Shown here one piece after another: positions 1-6,590 of a DNA stretch of 27,608 nt. The position numbers were made by a program, and so were the translations under genes. Within the stretch, counting starts at the first letter, position 1, and the number at the start of each line of letters is the position of its first letter. Origin of the DNA: an uncultured Planctomycetia bacterium (GTDB lineage: Bacteria > Omnitrophota > Gorgyraeia > Duberdicusellales > 4484-171); the NCBI GenBank assembly GCA_964400075.1, contig CAYNSZ010000001.1, forward strand, positions 1 through 27,608, given 5' to 3'. The notes under the pieces are model-generated. The model searched no databases, had not been told where the DNA came from, and saw nothing but the letters and a program-made list of their open reading frames with translations.

Positions 1-559
1 GTCCGCGCAGGCCTGACTTTTTTATTTGGGCGATAACCGCTTCGGGCTTCAGGGAGGTTAAAACTTTAATGAGCGCCGTATAGCCGCCGCAGGCTATGTA
101 ATCGTTAATATCACAGGGGTCAATCAACTTATTACGTGAGAGAAGAACGCGGTCCTGCGCTTTGTAAAAAGGGATATCTGCTTCACGGGCAATCTTCTTA
201 CCTGAACCTGGGTCGATATATAACAACCGCTCTATAAGCCGGCCATGCTGAATGGTCTCACGGACAATCTCAGCCACGTCCTCGGGCTTGATCCGGCAGT
301 AAAATATATTGCCCGGCTCGATAATCATGAGCGGACCTTGCTCGCAAAAACCATGACAACCTGTTGCCCGTATAGTTACTGCCTTAGAAAGGTTGGCGCG
401 CTTGATCTCCTTCTTAAGAGACTCAAGCACCGAAAGACATCCTGAAGCGCTGCAGCCTGTTCCAGCGCATAAAGTAACAATTTTATTAAAAACACCATTG
501 TCACGCTTAATTTTCTCTGTCAATTTTTCTAAGTCTTTAATATTTGCTACGGCTTTCAT
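1..559 (-). CDS. nuoF: NuoF/HydB/HoxF-like NADH-binding diaphorase subunit with N-terminal thioredoxin-like [2Fe-2S] domain; 3'-truncated at the window edge
   Basis: Not in the ORF track because it has no stop in the window. Manual translation from ATG at 559 gives MKAVANIKDLEK...LCAGTGCSASG...TGCHGFCEQGPLMII...IPFYKAQDRVLLSRNKLIDP..INDYIACGGYTAL...QIKKSGLRG. The frame is open to base 2 and ends at the start of the GLRGRGG FMN motif. Overlaps the upstream nuoE-like gene by 23 nt. Confidence 0.9.
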   Translation of the reverse strand, partial: MKAVANIKDLEKLTEKIKRDNGVFNKIVTLCAGTGCSASGCLSVLESLKKEIKRANLSKAVTIRATGCHGFCEQGPLMIIEPGNIFYCRIKPEDVAEIVRETIQHGRLIERLLYIDPGSGKKIAREADIPFYKAQDRVLLSRNKLIDPCDINDYIACGGYTALIKVLTSLKPEAVIAQIKKSGLRG

Positions 560-1046
560 CTTTTTCTAATTTTTTAGACTTCTTGTTGACTGTTTGAATT
601 AAATTACGTAATTTACCCGGCGTCATATGGTCATAATATTTTCCATCGATAATGACCACCGGCCCCAGAGCGCAGGCCCCCAAACAATTGACGGTTTCAA
701 CGGTAAACTCGCCGTCTTCAGTGGTACCGCCGGGTTTGACCTTAAGCTGGCCAAGGACTTCATCGGCAAGCCTGGGCGCGCCGCGCACATGGCAGGCAGT
801 ACCCGTGCAGATGGTAAGCAGGTGCTTACCGCGGGGTTTTAAGGTAAAGGCCTTATAAAAGTTCGCTACTCTGAAGACTTCGATAAGCGGTACTTCTAAT
901 TTTTCAGCAACGGCGCGTAGGGCTTGTTCGGGAAGGTAGTTATAGGTTTGCTGGATATCTTGAAGAACTTCGATGAGTTCACCGCAAGATTTCTCCCGGT
1001 CTTTTAAGATACGCTTAAGTTTTTTTTGCTCCAGGATTTTGTTCAT
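537..1046 (-). CDS. nuoE: NuoE/HydC-like [2Fe-2S] subunit (24 kDa diaphorase subunit family)
   Basis: LIEVLQDIQQTYNYLP, ANFYKAFTLKPRGKH, CTGTACHVRG and VNCLGACALGP give the C-x4-C...C-x3-C [2Fe-2S] ligands. Directly upstream of the NuoF-like gene. Confidence 0.92.
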   Translation of the reverse strand: MNKILEQKKLKRILKDREKSCGELIEVLQDIQQTYNYLPEQALRAVAEKLEVPLIEVFRVANFYKAFTLKPRGKHLLTICTGTACHVRGAPRLADEVLGQLKVKPGGTTEDGEFTVETVNCLGACALGPVVIIDGKYYDHMTPGKLRNLIQTVNKKSKKLEKDESRSKY

Positions 1047-1088
1047 TATTAAGGCTTATCGTGCTTAATTTTTAGGCACACAGAGGCA

Positions 1089-1120
1089 ATAAAAAAGCGC
1101 CTCTTTTCACTCAAGGCGCT
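1089..1120 (-). terminator. Intrinsic terminator-like hairpin in the nuoE-like leader
   Basis: Minus strand AGCGCCT-tgagtgaaaag-AGGCGCT followed by TTTTTAT: 7-bp GC-rich stem, 11-nt loop, U-tract on the minus strand only. Confidence 0.65.
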
Positions 1121-1158
1121 GCTTATCGTAGGTAAAAAAATCGCATAAACTAGGTTAG

Positions 1159-1187
1159 ATTATAGTAAGCCAGGGAGTTCTTGTCAA
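1159..1187 (-). promoter_or_regulatory. Perfect-consensus sigma70-type promoter for the nuoE/nuoF-like genes
   Basis: Minus strand TTGACA (1187-1182), 17-nt spacer, TATAAT (1164-1159). The -35 box overlaps the nfnB stop codon. Confidence 0.85.
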
Positions 1188-2614
1188 GCCTCTTTATTTA
1201 AAAGGTATCGTATGATAGATTGCGCGGCGATTTTAGCCATGCCCATGGCTTCGATAACCGTGCCTTCTCCACCCACAATATCGCCACCGGCATAGACCCC
1301 TTTGAGCGAAGTCTCCATGGTATCCTGATTCACCACCACATCACCCCATTGATCGATTTTTAACGCCGGGGTGGCGCGAGTCAGGACGCGGTTAGCGCCC
1401 AGGCCTACCGCAACCACAGCAAGGTCGCAGGAGATTTCAAATTCACTGCCGGCAATGGGAACGGGCCTGCGCCTGCCTGAGGAGTCGGGTTCAGCCAGTT
1501 CACATTCAAGGCAGCGTATCTTCTTAACCAGGCCCTTGGCATCACCGCGAAAGCTTTCCGGCTGCACCAGGAACTTAAATTTTATCTCCTCCTCTTTCGC
1601 GTGCGCTATCTCCAGCCTGCGGGCCGGCATCTCAGCCTCAGTGCGACGGTACAAGACCGTGGTGTTGGCTTTAAGGCCGTTCAATTTCTGAAGCCGCAGG
1701 GCCACGCGCGCGGCATCTATGGCGGTATTGCCGCCGCCGATCACCACCACCTTAGGGCCGATATTGACTGGCGTATGGAATTCGGGAAACTTAAAAGCTC
1801 CCATGAGATTGACTCGGGTCAAAAACTCATTCGCCGAGTACACATTGCCCAGATTTTCACCGGGAATGCCCAAAAAGCTGGGAGTGCCCGCGCCCAGGCC
1901 TAAAAAGACAGCGGAAAAACCTTCCTTGAACAGCTCTGCCAAGGTTTTTGTCTGGCCGATTATACAATTAGTCACAATCTCAACGCCCAGTCTCTTGAGA
2001 TAGTTTATTTCAAAATCCAGTATATCCGGGGGAAGCCGAAACGGCGGTATGCCGTAGCGCAGGACCCCTCCGGGTTTATGAAGAGCTTCAAATATGACCA
2101 CCTTTACCCCTTGCCGGCTAAGCTCACCGGCAGCGCAAAGGCCTGCCGGGCCTGAACCCACCACAGCCACCTTAAACAAGGTAAGTTCTTTTTGCCGGTG
2201 GCTGCGGATCATAATATCCTGCTTCATGCCAAAATCGCCGGCAAACCGCTCAAGGAAATGTATCTGAATGGCATTGGCTGATGCAAAGGGTTGGCCTCTT
2301 TTGGTCAGCACGCAGGTTTTACGGCATTGATATTCGGCAGGACAGACCCGTCCGCAGATAGAAGCGAAATCATTACGCTGGCGAATAGTCAAATAGGCGC
2401 CGGCATAGTCCTTCTCGGTAATCTGGCGGATAAAGGTTTTGATATCGATTCCCACCGGACAACCCGGGATGCAGGTCGGATTCTTGCACTGGAGGCAGCG
2501 GCTGGCTTCCCGCAGGGCTTGCTGCTCGGTATAGAGCGACACCACCTCACTAAAACCCTCAGTGCGACGGGAAGGATTTAATTCTTTGGGATGGACAGCC
2601 TTTTTTTCTTTCAT
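1184..2614 (-). CDS. nfnB: NfnB / GltD-like NADPH-dependent FAD/[4Fe-4S] oxidoreductase (large subunit of NfnAB transhydrogenase)
   Basis: EASRCLQCKNPTCIPGCPVGIDI, ICGRVCPAEYQC, two Rossmann motifs (VVGSGPAGL; VVIGGGNTAIDAAR), YGIPPFRLP, GVYAGGDIVGGEGTVIEAMG. Adjacent to an NfnA-type gene with no gltB nearby. Confidence 0.85.
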   Translation of the reverse strand: MKEKKAVHPKELNPSRRTEGFSEVVSLYTEQQALREASRCLQCKNPTCIPGCPVGIDIKTFIRQITEKDYAGAYLTIRQRNDFASICGRVCPAEYQCRKTCVLTKRGQPFASANAIQIHFLERFAGDFGMKQDIMIRSHRQKELTLFKVAVVGSGPAGLCAAGELSRQGVKVVIFEALHKPGGVLRYGIPPFRLPPDILDFEINYLKRLGVEIVTNCIIGQTKTLAELFKEGFSAVFLGLGAGTPSFLGIPGENLGNVYSANEFLTRVNLMGAFKFPEFHTPVNIGPKVVVIGGGNTAIDAARVALRLQKLNGLKANTTVLYRRTEAEMPARRLEIAHAKEEEIKFKFLVQPESFRGDAKGLVKKIRCLECELAEPDSSGRRRPVPIAGSEFEISCDLAVVAVGLGANRVLTRATPALKIDQWGDVVVNQDTMETSLKGVYAGGDIVGGEGTVIEAMGMAKIAAQSIIRYLLNKEA

Positions 2615-2629
2615 AGATTATTCATGAGT

Positions 2630-2756
2630 GACACGAATAGACACGAATTAAAGACGAATTACCACGAATAAAGAGGAAACGAAGAAAAATATTTAAGGTA
2701 AAGAATTTTCTATTCGTGGAAATTCGTTCCTAATTCGTGGTAATTCGTGTCTTTAA
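2630..2756. repeat. Long imperfect inverted repeat built from ~10-nt (A/C)CACGAAT units
   Basis: Left units ACGAAT at 2633, 2643, 2654, 2664; right units ATTCGT at 2712, 2722, 2733, 2743. 2648-2670 TTAAAGACGAATTACCACGAATA matches the reverse complement of 2731-2756 (TTAAAGACACGAATTACCACGAATTA). Confidence 0.9.
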
Positions 2757-3584
2757 TTTACAGATATGTTTTTCTTTATCTTCGTAAATCCGGTTGCGCT
2801 GCTCGAATTCCTTCCAGTCAATCGCCTGGGCGTCAAATTCAGGGCCGTCCACACAGGCAAACCGCACTTTACCGTTGACCGTGACCCGGCAGGAGCCGCA
2901 CATGCCGGTAGCATCAACCATAAGGGCGTTGAGGGAAACCAGAGTTTTAATGCCTGCTGGCTTGGTCACCGCGGCGACATTCATCATCATGGGAATAGGC
3001 CCCACGGCGTATACAAGGGAATAGGGATTAGGGGCTGGGGATTGGGCTAAGAGCTCTTTCAAGATATCGGTGACAAAGCCTTTGCGGCCGTAGGAACCGT
3101 CATCGGTAGTAATATGAAGTTCATCGCAAACGCGCTTTAAATCTTCCTCGAGGATGAGCATTGTCTTGGTCTGCGCGCCGATGATGGCAGTAACATGATT
3201 CGCCGCACTTTTGAGAGCCTTGGCTACCGGGTAAATTTCAGCAATGCCTACACCGCCGCCTACAAGGATTACTTTGCCGTAATTTTTTATCGGCGTAGCG
3301 TGTCCCAAAGGGCCGACCAACGCGTAGAGCGAATCTCCCGCAGAAAGGCTTCCTAAGAGTTTGGTAGTTAAACCCGCTTCTTGTACAATCACGGTAAGCG
3401 TGCCGCTGGCAATATCCGTAGCCACGACAGTCAAGGGAAAGCGCTCGCCTGCTTCATGAACCATGAGTACGACGAATTGGCCGGCTAAAGCCTTTGCCGC
3501 TATCAGGGGTGCCTCAAGCGTAAATTGCACTATCCTGCGGTCCGCGGCCTGCGTCAAAACCTTCTTGTCGCGTATACGGTACAT
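2730..3584 (-). CDS. nfnA: NfnA / sulfide dehydrogenase SudB-like FAD/[2Fe-2S] subunit (ferredoxin-NADP reductase family)
   Basis: AGQFVVL, GERFPLT, LVGPLG, VGGGVGIAEIYP, TDDGSYGRKGFVTD, AVGPIPMM, MVDATGMCGSCRV and ACVDGPEFD. Confidence 0.88.
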   Translation of the reverse strand: MYRIRDKKVLTQAADRRIVQFTLEAPLIAAKALAGQFVVLMVHEAGERFPLTVVATDIASGTLTVIVQEAGLTTKLLGSLSAGDSLYALVGPLGHATPIKNYGKVILVGGGVGIAEIYPVAKALKSAANHVTAIIGAQTKTMLILEEDLKRVCDELHITTDDGSYGRKGFVTDILKELLAQSPAPNPYSLVYAVGPIPMMMNVAAVTKPAGIKTLVSLNALMVDATGMCGSCRVTVNGKVRFACVDGPEFDAQAIDWKEFEQRNRIYEDKEKHICKLKTRITTN

Positions 3585-3589
3585 AGTTA

Positions 3590-4111
3590 TTATTGCTGCG
3601 CAAATTTAACCAGTGATTCGGCAGCTTGCGGAGAAACCACACAGACGATACTGACAATGATACCGGCAAAGAGCACGCCGAGGGAGTTCGCCAGGAAAGC
3701 TTTCTTGATATCCATTTTATACAGCGTTGCCGCCAAAACTCCAGTCCAAGCTCCTGTCCCCGGCAGAGGTATGGCCACAAAAATCACTAATCCCCAGAAA
3801 CCCCAGCGTTCGATGCTTTTTGACTTACGCTCGACATGTTTAAACCACCAACGGAAAAATTTACCAACAAAACGCAATTTTTGCAAGGTGTGAAAGAAAT
3901 ATTTATAGAATAATAAAAGCGGCAGAATCGGGATAATGTTGCCGATGACCGAAAGTATAAAAACCGTGGCCAGCGGCAGATGAAACACAAACAGGCCCAG
4001 GGGTATGGCTAAGCGCAATTCAAAAATCGGAAGCATGGCCACCGCCATTGTGGTCGACGCAGGACTGAATATTTGCGCTATCAAAGCAAAGATTTTACTC
4101 TTTATATCCAT
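3590..4111 (-). CDS. Small multidrug export family (COG2426-like) membrane protein
   Basis: AMLPIFELRLAIPLG, GNIIPILPLL and FVAIPLPGTGAWTGVLAA signatures with several hydrophobic segments. Start set at ATG 4111 (track starts at 4132). Confidence 0.85.
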   Translation of the reverse strand: MDIKSKIFALIAQIFSPASTTMAVAMLPIFELRLAIPLGLFVFHLPLATVFILSVIGNIIPILPLLLFYKYFFHTLQKLRFVGKFFRWWFKHVERKSKSIERWGFWGLVIFVAIPLPGTGAWTGVLAATLYKMDIKKAFLANSLGVLFAGIIVSIVCVVSPQAAESLVKFAQQ

Positions 4112-4763
4112 ATTTACCCACCAAGGGAACAAAGATGCAGCCGCAAATTTTTTCTTCTTTCACCTGCGCCAGGCCAAGGCGGCTGACTACCACAAGCTCC
4201 TGACCGAAACTTCCGCCCACGGGAATAACCAGTTTGCCTCCCACTACCAGCTGCTCAATTAGAGGCGGGGGTATCTTAGGCGTCGCGGCAGTAACCATAA
4301 TCCGGTCAAAAGGAGCCTGCTCGGGCCATCCCAGGGTGCCGTCGTCCACTTTAATCTCAACGCTATAGCCCAGTTCCGCCAAGAGGCGTTTCGCCCGCTG
4401 GGCTAACTGAGGAAGACGTTCTATGCTGTACACACGAACTCCAAGATATGCTAAAATCGCCGCCTGGTAGCCGGAACCGGTACCCACCTCAAGCACTTTG
4501 GCCCCCACTCCCGCTGCAAGGGCCTGGGTCATAAGCGCAACCATATACGGCTGAGAAATAGTTTGGCTGCTACCGATGGGAACCGGCGAGTCATTATAGG
4601 CGCAGGAGCGCTGCTCATCGGGCACAAAGCGCTGCCGGGGCACGGCGCGGAAGGCATTTAAAATTTTTTCATCGCTGATGCCCCGGGCCTGGAGCTGGCG
4701 GCTGACCATTTGCTCCCGTAAACGCCCGAAGTCATTAGCTTCCATAGCCATCGAAGCTTTCAA
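4095..4763 (-). CDS. pcm: Protein-L-isoaspartate(D-aspartate) O-methyltransferase
   Basis: AFRAVPRQRFVP, QTISQPYMVALM, VLEVGTGSGYQAAIL, DGTLGWPEQAPFDRIMVTAA, FVPLVG. The true start may be ATG 4751 or 4745. Confidence 0.95.
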   Translation of the reverse strand: MKASMAMEANDFGRLREQMVSRQLQARGISDEKILNAFRAVPRQRFVPDEQRSCAYNDSPVPIGSSQTISQPYMVALMTQALAAGVGAKVLEVGTGSGYQAAILAYLGVRVYSIERLPQLAQRAKRLLAELGYSVEIKVDDGTLGWPEQAPFDRIMVTAATPKIPPPLIEQLVVGGKLVIPVGGSFGQELVVVSRLGLAQVKEEKICGCIFVPLVGKYGYKE

Positions 4764-4788
4764 CGAAAGCCCGCGCGTAGGTTTACCG

Positions 4789-5460
4789 TCAACTCTTATC
4801 GTTTTCCAGGCGGAATATGAATTTTATAAACCGCAGGGTATCGATAAAGGGGTTGATCTTACTGCGCTGGGATTTGGAATAAATACTTTGCACCGGAATA
4901 CTCTCAATCGCATACCCGCGGCGGGCGGCTTTGATAAGGATCTCTGATTCTATCTCAAACTTTTTTGTTTTAATGCTGACATTCTCAAGGACCTCCCGCT
5001 TGATGAGCCGGAAACCGCACTGGGTATCGGGTATCTTCTGGTGAACGATTTTAGAGATGAGCCAGGACATAAGAACATTGGTGTAAATCCTTACCAAAGG
5101 CATTCCCCGGGGCTCATGCATGCGGTTGCCGACGACAAAAGCCGCTCCCCGGCGGGCTTTTTCGAGGAATTTCTCAAGATCATGGACGCAATGCTGGCCG
5201 TCCGCATCCATGGTGATGATATATTCAAAATCTTCATGCTCCATGAGATGGGCAATACCTTGCTTCAAGGCGATGCCCTTGCCGAAATTTCTCCTCCTGT
5301 GGATGACGATGTCGGTATATTTCTTGGCTGATTGATAAGTGCTATCGGTTGAGCCGTCGTCAACCACCAGGATGGAAAACGGCTTCTCCTTTAAACCTCT
5401 GAGGAGCGCTTCAAGAGCTTTTTCTTCGTTATAAGCGGGAATGACTATCCAGATATTCAT
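4789..5460 (-). CDS. GT2 glycosyltransferase, polyprenol-phosphate mannose synthase (DPM1)-like
   Basis: VIPAYNEE, VVDDGSTD, NFGKGIAL, TMDADGQH, VVGNR, DTQCGFRL, FEIESEIL; 223 aa with no TM segment. Confidence 0.88.
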   Translation of the reverse strand: MNIWIVIPAYNEEKALEALLRGLKEKPFSILVVDDGSTDSTYQSAKKYTDIVIHRRRNFGKGIALKQGIAHLMEHEDFEYIITMDADGQHCVHDLEKFLEKARRGAAFVVGNRMHEPRGMPLVRIYTNVLMSWLISKIVHQKIPDTQCGFRLIKREVLENVSIKTKKFEIESEILIKAARRGYAIESIPVQSIYSKSQRSKINPFIDTLRFIKFIFRLENDKS

Positions 5461-5494
5461 AAACCTGAAAATGAAACGTATCTCTTGGCAACCA

Positions 5495-5530
5495 CGGTAA
5501 CGTCTTGCGGTTACGTCAAACGGCTACGTC
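5495..5530. repeat. Three tandem 10-nt units CGG(T/C)(A/T)ACGTC with 13-nt period
   Basis: CGGTAACGTC 5495, CGGTTACGTC 5508, CGGCTACGTC 5521. Complementary units CGTAACCG (5704) and CGTTACCG (5732) lie about 200 nt to the right. Confidence 0.85.
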
Positions 5531-5533
5531 TTT

Positions 5534-5697
5534 CTATAATTTAAAATTCCAAGCACCAAGCATCAAATTCCAAACAAGCACCAATATCTAATGACCGAAT
5601 GATCAAAACGTTTTTTGTTTCGGTCATTGGAATTTTGATCATTGGGATTTGTTTGGATTTTGGGATTTGTGATTTGGAATTTCATTCCACATTATAC
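5534..5697. repeat. Long imperfect inverted repeat of heptamer units (AATTCCA/AGCACCA ... TGGGATT/TGGAATT)
   Basis: Left arm AAATTCCAAGCACCAAGCATCAAATTCCAAACAAGCACCAATATCTAATGACCGAA (5544-5599) aligns with the reverse complement of 5619-5682 (AAATTCCAAATCACAAATCCCAAAATCCAAACAAATCCCAATGATCAAAATTCCAATGACCGAA). Confidence 0.88.
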
Positions 5698-6590
5698 GGG
5701 CCTCGTAACCGCCTGCCTCCGGCAGGCGTACCGTTACCGTCTGCCTCCCCCTCGGGGAGCCAGTATTTCTCGAACAAATACCACTGGTCAGGATACTTGC
5801 TGATATAGGCTTCAAGAACCGGCACACAAGAAGCTATGAGCGCGCGTTCATCGGTTTCGGCCGAAGGCTTTACCCATACAGGCTTCTCAAAACGTAAATG
5901 ATAATAAAAGGTATTCTCCCGAATCAGAAATCCCGGAATGATACTGGCGCCGGTCTTACATGCAAAGTAAGCTGCTCCCCGGGGTAAAACTGCTCTCCGG
6001 AAAAAAACTTTCATGGCTACTCCGTGCCGGCTGAAATCCCGGTCGCCGAGCATAGCGAGTAGATAGCCGCTGTTCAACGCTGAAATGCATCCTTTGATTG
6101 CCTGGCCGGTTGAGATTACCTTTATCCCGACGCGTTCCCGCTGGCTGTTAAAAAAACTAGTGATGCGGCTGTCGTGATGAGGAAGGGCAACTGCCGCCAC
6201 CGGATATCCCAAAAGAGAGGTCACCGCGCCGGCAAGCTCATAGTTACCCAGATGCGCGCTAAAAGCTATGGCCGGCAGTTTCTGGGCAAAGGCCTCATCC
6301 AGATGCTCGAGGCCGCTGACGCGGACATAGCGCTTGATAAACCCGGGGGTTAGCTTAGAAAACCTAAAAAAATCAACTAAATAATAGGCGAAATTGACAA
6401 AAACCTGCCTGACATAACGCTCAAGCTGGTCGTTGCCACAGTTAAGCACCGATAAATTATAGCCAATAGCCTCCCTGTCTTTCTTGGCCCGGCGGTAATA
6501 AAGCAGTGCCAAACGCCGCGCGATTGTATAGGCAAACCCGCGCGGCAATGATAGTGCCAGCAGTTTGCCGAAAAGAAACAGGTAAAACAT
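5682..6590 (-). CDS. Lysophospholipid/lipid A lauroyl-type (LpxL/PatA-like) acyltransferase
   Basis: VSGLEHLDEA, FSAHLGNYELAG, AMLGDRDF, GAAYFACKTGASIIPGF, YPDQWYLF. The ~24-aa C-terminal tail is encoded by palindromic DNA. Confidence 0.85.
   Translation of the reverse strand: MFYLFLFGKLLALSLPRGFAYTIARRLALLYYRRAKKDREAIGYNLSVLNCGNDQLERYVRQVFVNFAYYLVDFFRFSKLTPGFIKRYVRVSGLEHLDEAFAQKLPAIAFSAHLGNYELAGAVTSLLGYPVAAVALPHHDSRITSFFNSQRERVGIKVISTGQAIKGCISALNSGYLLAMLGDRDFSRHGVAMKVFFRRAVLPRGAAYFACKTGASIIPGFLIRENTFYYHLRFEKPVWVKPSAETDERALIASCVPVLEAYISKYPDQWYLFEKYWLPEGEADGNGTPAGGRRLRGPYNVE
5704..5739. repeat. GC-rich palindrome GCCTGCC-TCC-GGCAGGC flanked by GTAAC/GTTAC, inside the acyltransferase 3' end
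   Basis: CGTAACC-GCCTGCC-TCC-GGCAGGC-GTACC-GTTACCG read directly: a 7-bp perfect stem plus an outer 5-bp stem. Confidence 0.75.

Noticed and set aside
1103-1113. Rex operator in the nuoE-like leader
   Set aside because: TGAGTGAAAAG resembles only one half-site; there is no TTGTGAA-n4-TTCACAA palindrome.
1184-2614. Glutamate synthase small subunit (gltD) as the functional call
   Set aside because: No gltB nearby, and the gene is paired with an NfnA/SudB-type subunit, which favours NfnAB.
2630-2756. CRISPR array interpretation of this and the other periodic repeats (5495-5530, 18325-18463, 20619-20690)
   Set aside because: Units are 7-24 nt, degenerate, partly inverted, have no unique 25-45 nt spacers, and no cas genes are present.
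5599-5827. Small ORFs 5599-5808 (+) and 5639-5827 (-)
   Set aside because: They are translations of the heptamer/palindrome repeats (e.g. PNHKSQNPNKSQ, ICLDFGICDLEF) and overlap the acyltransferase.
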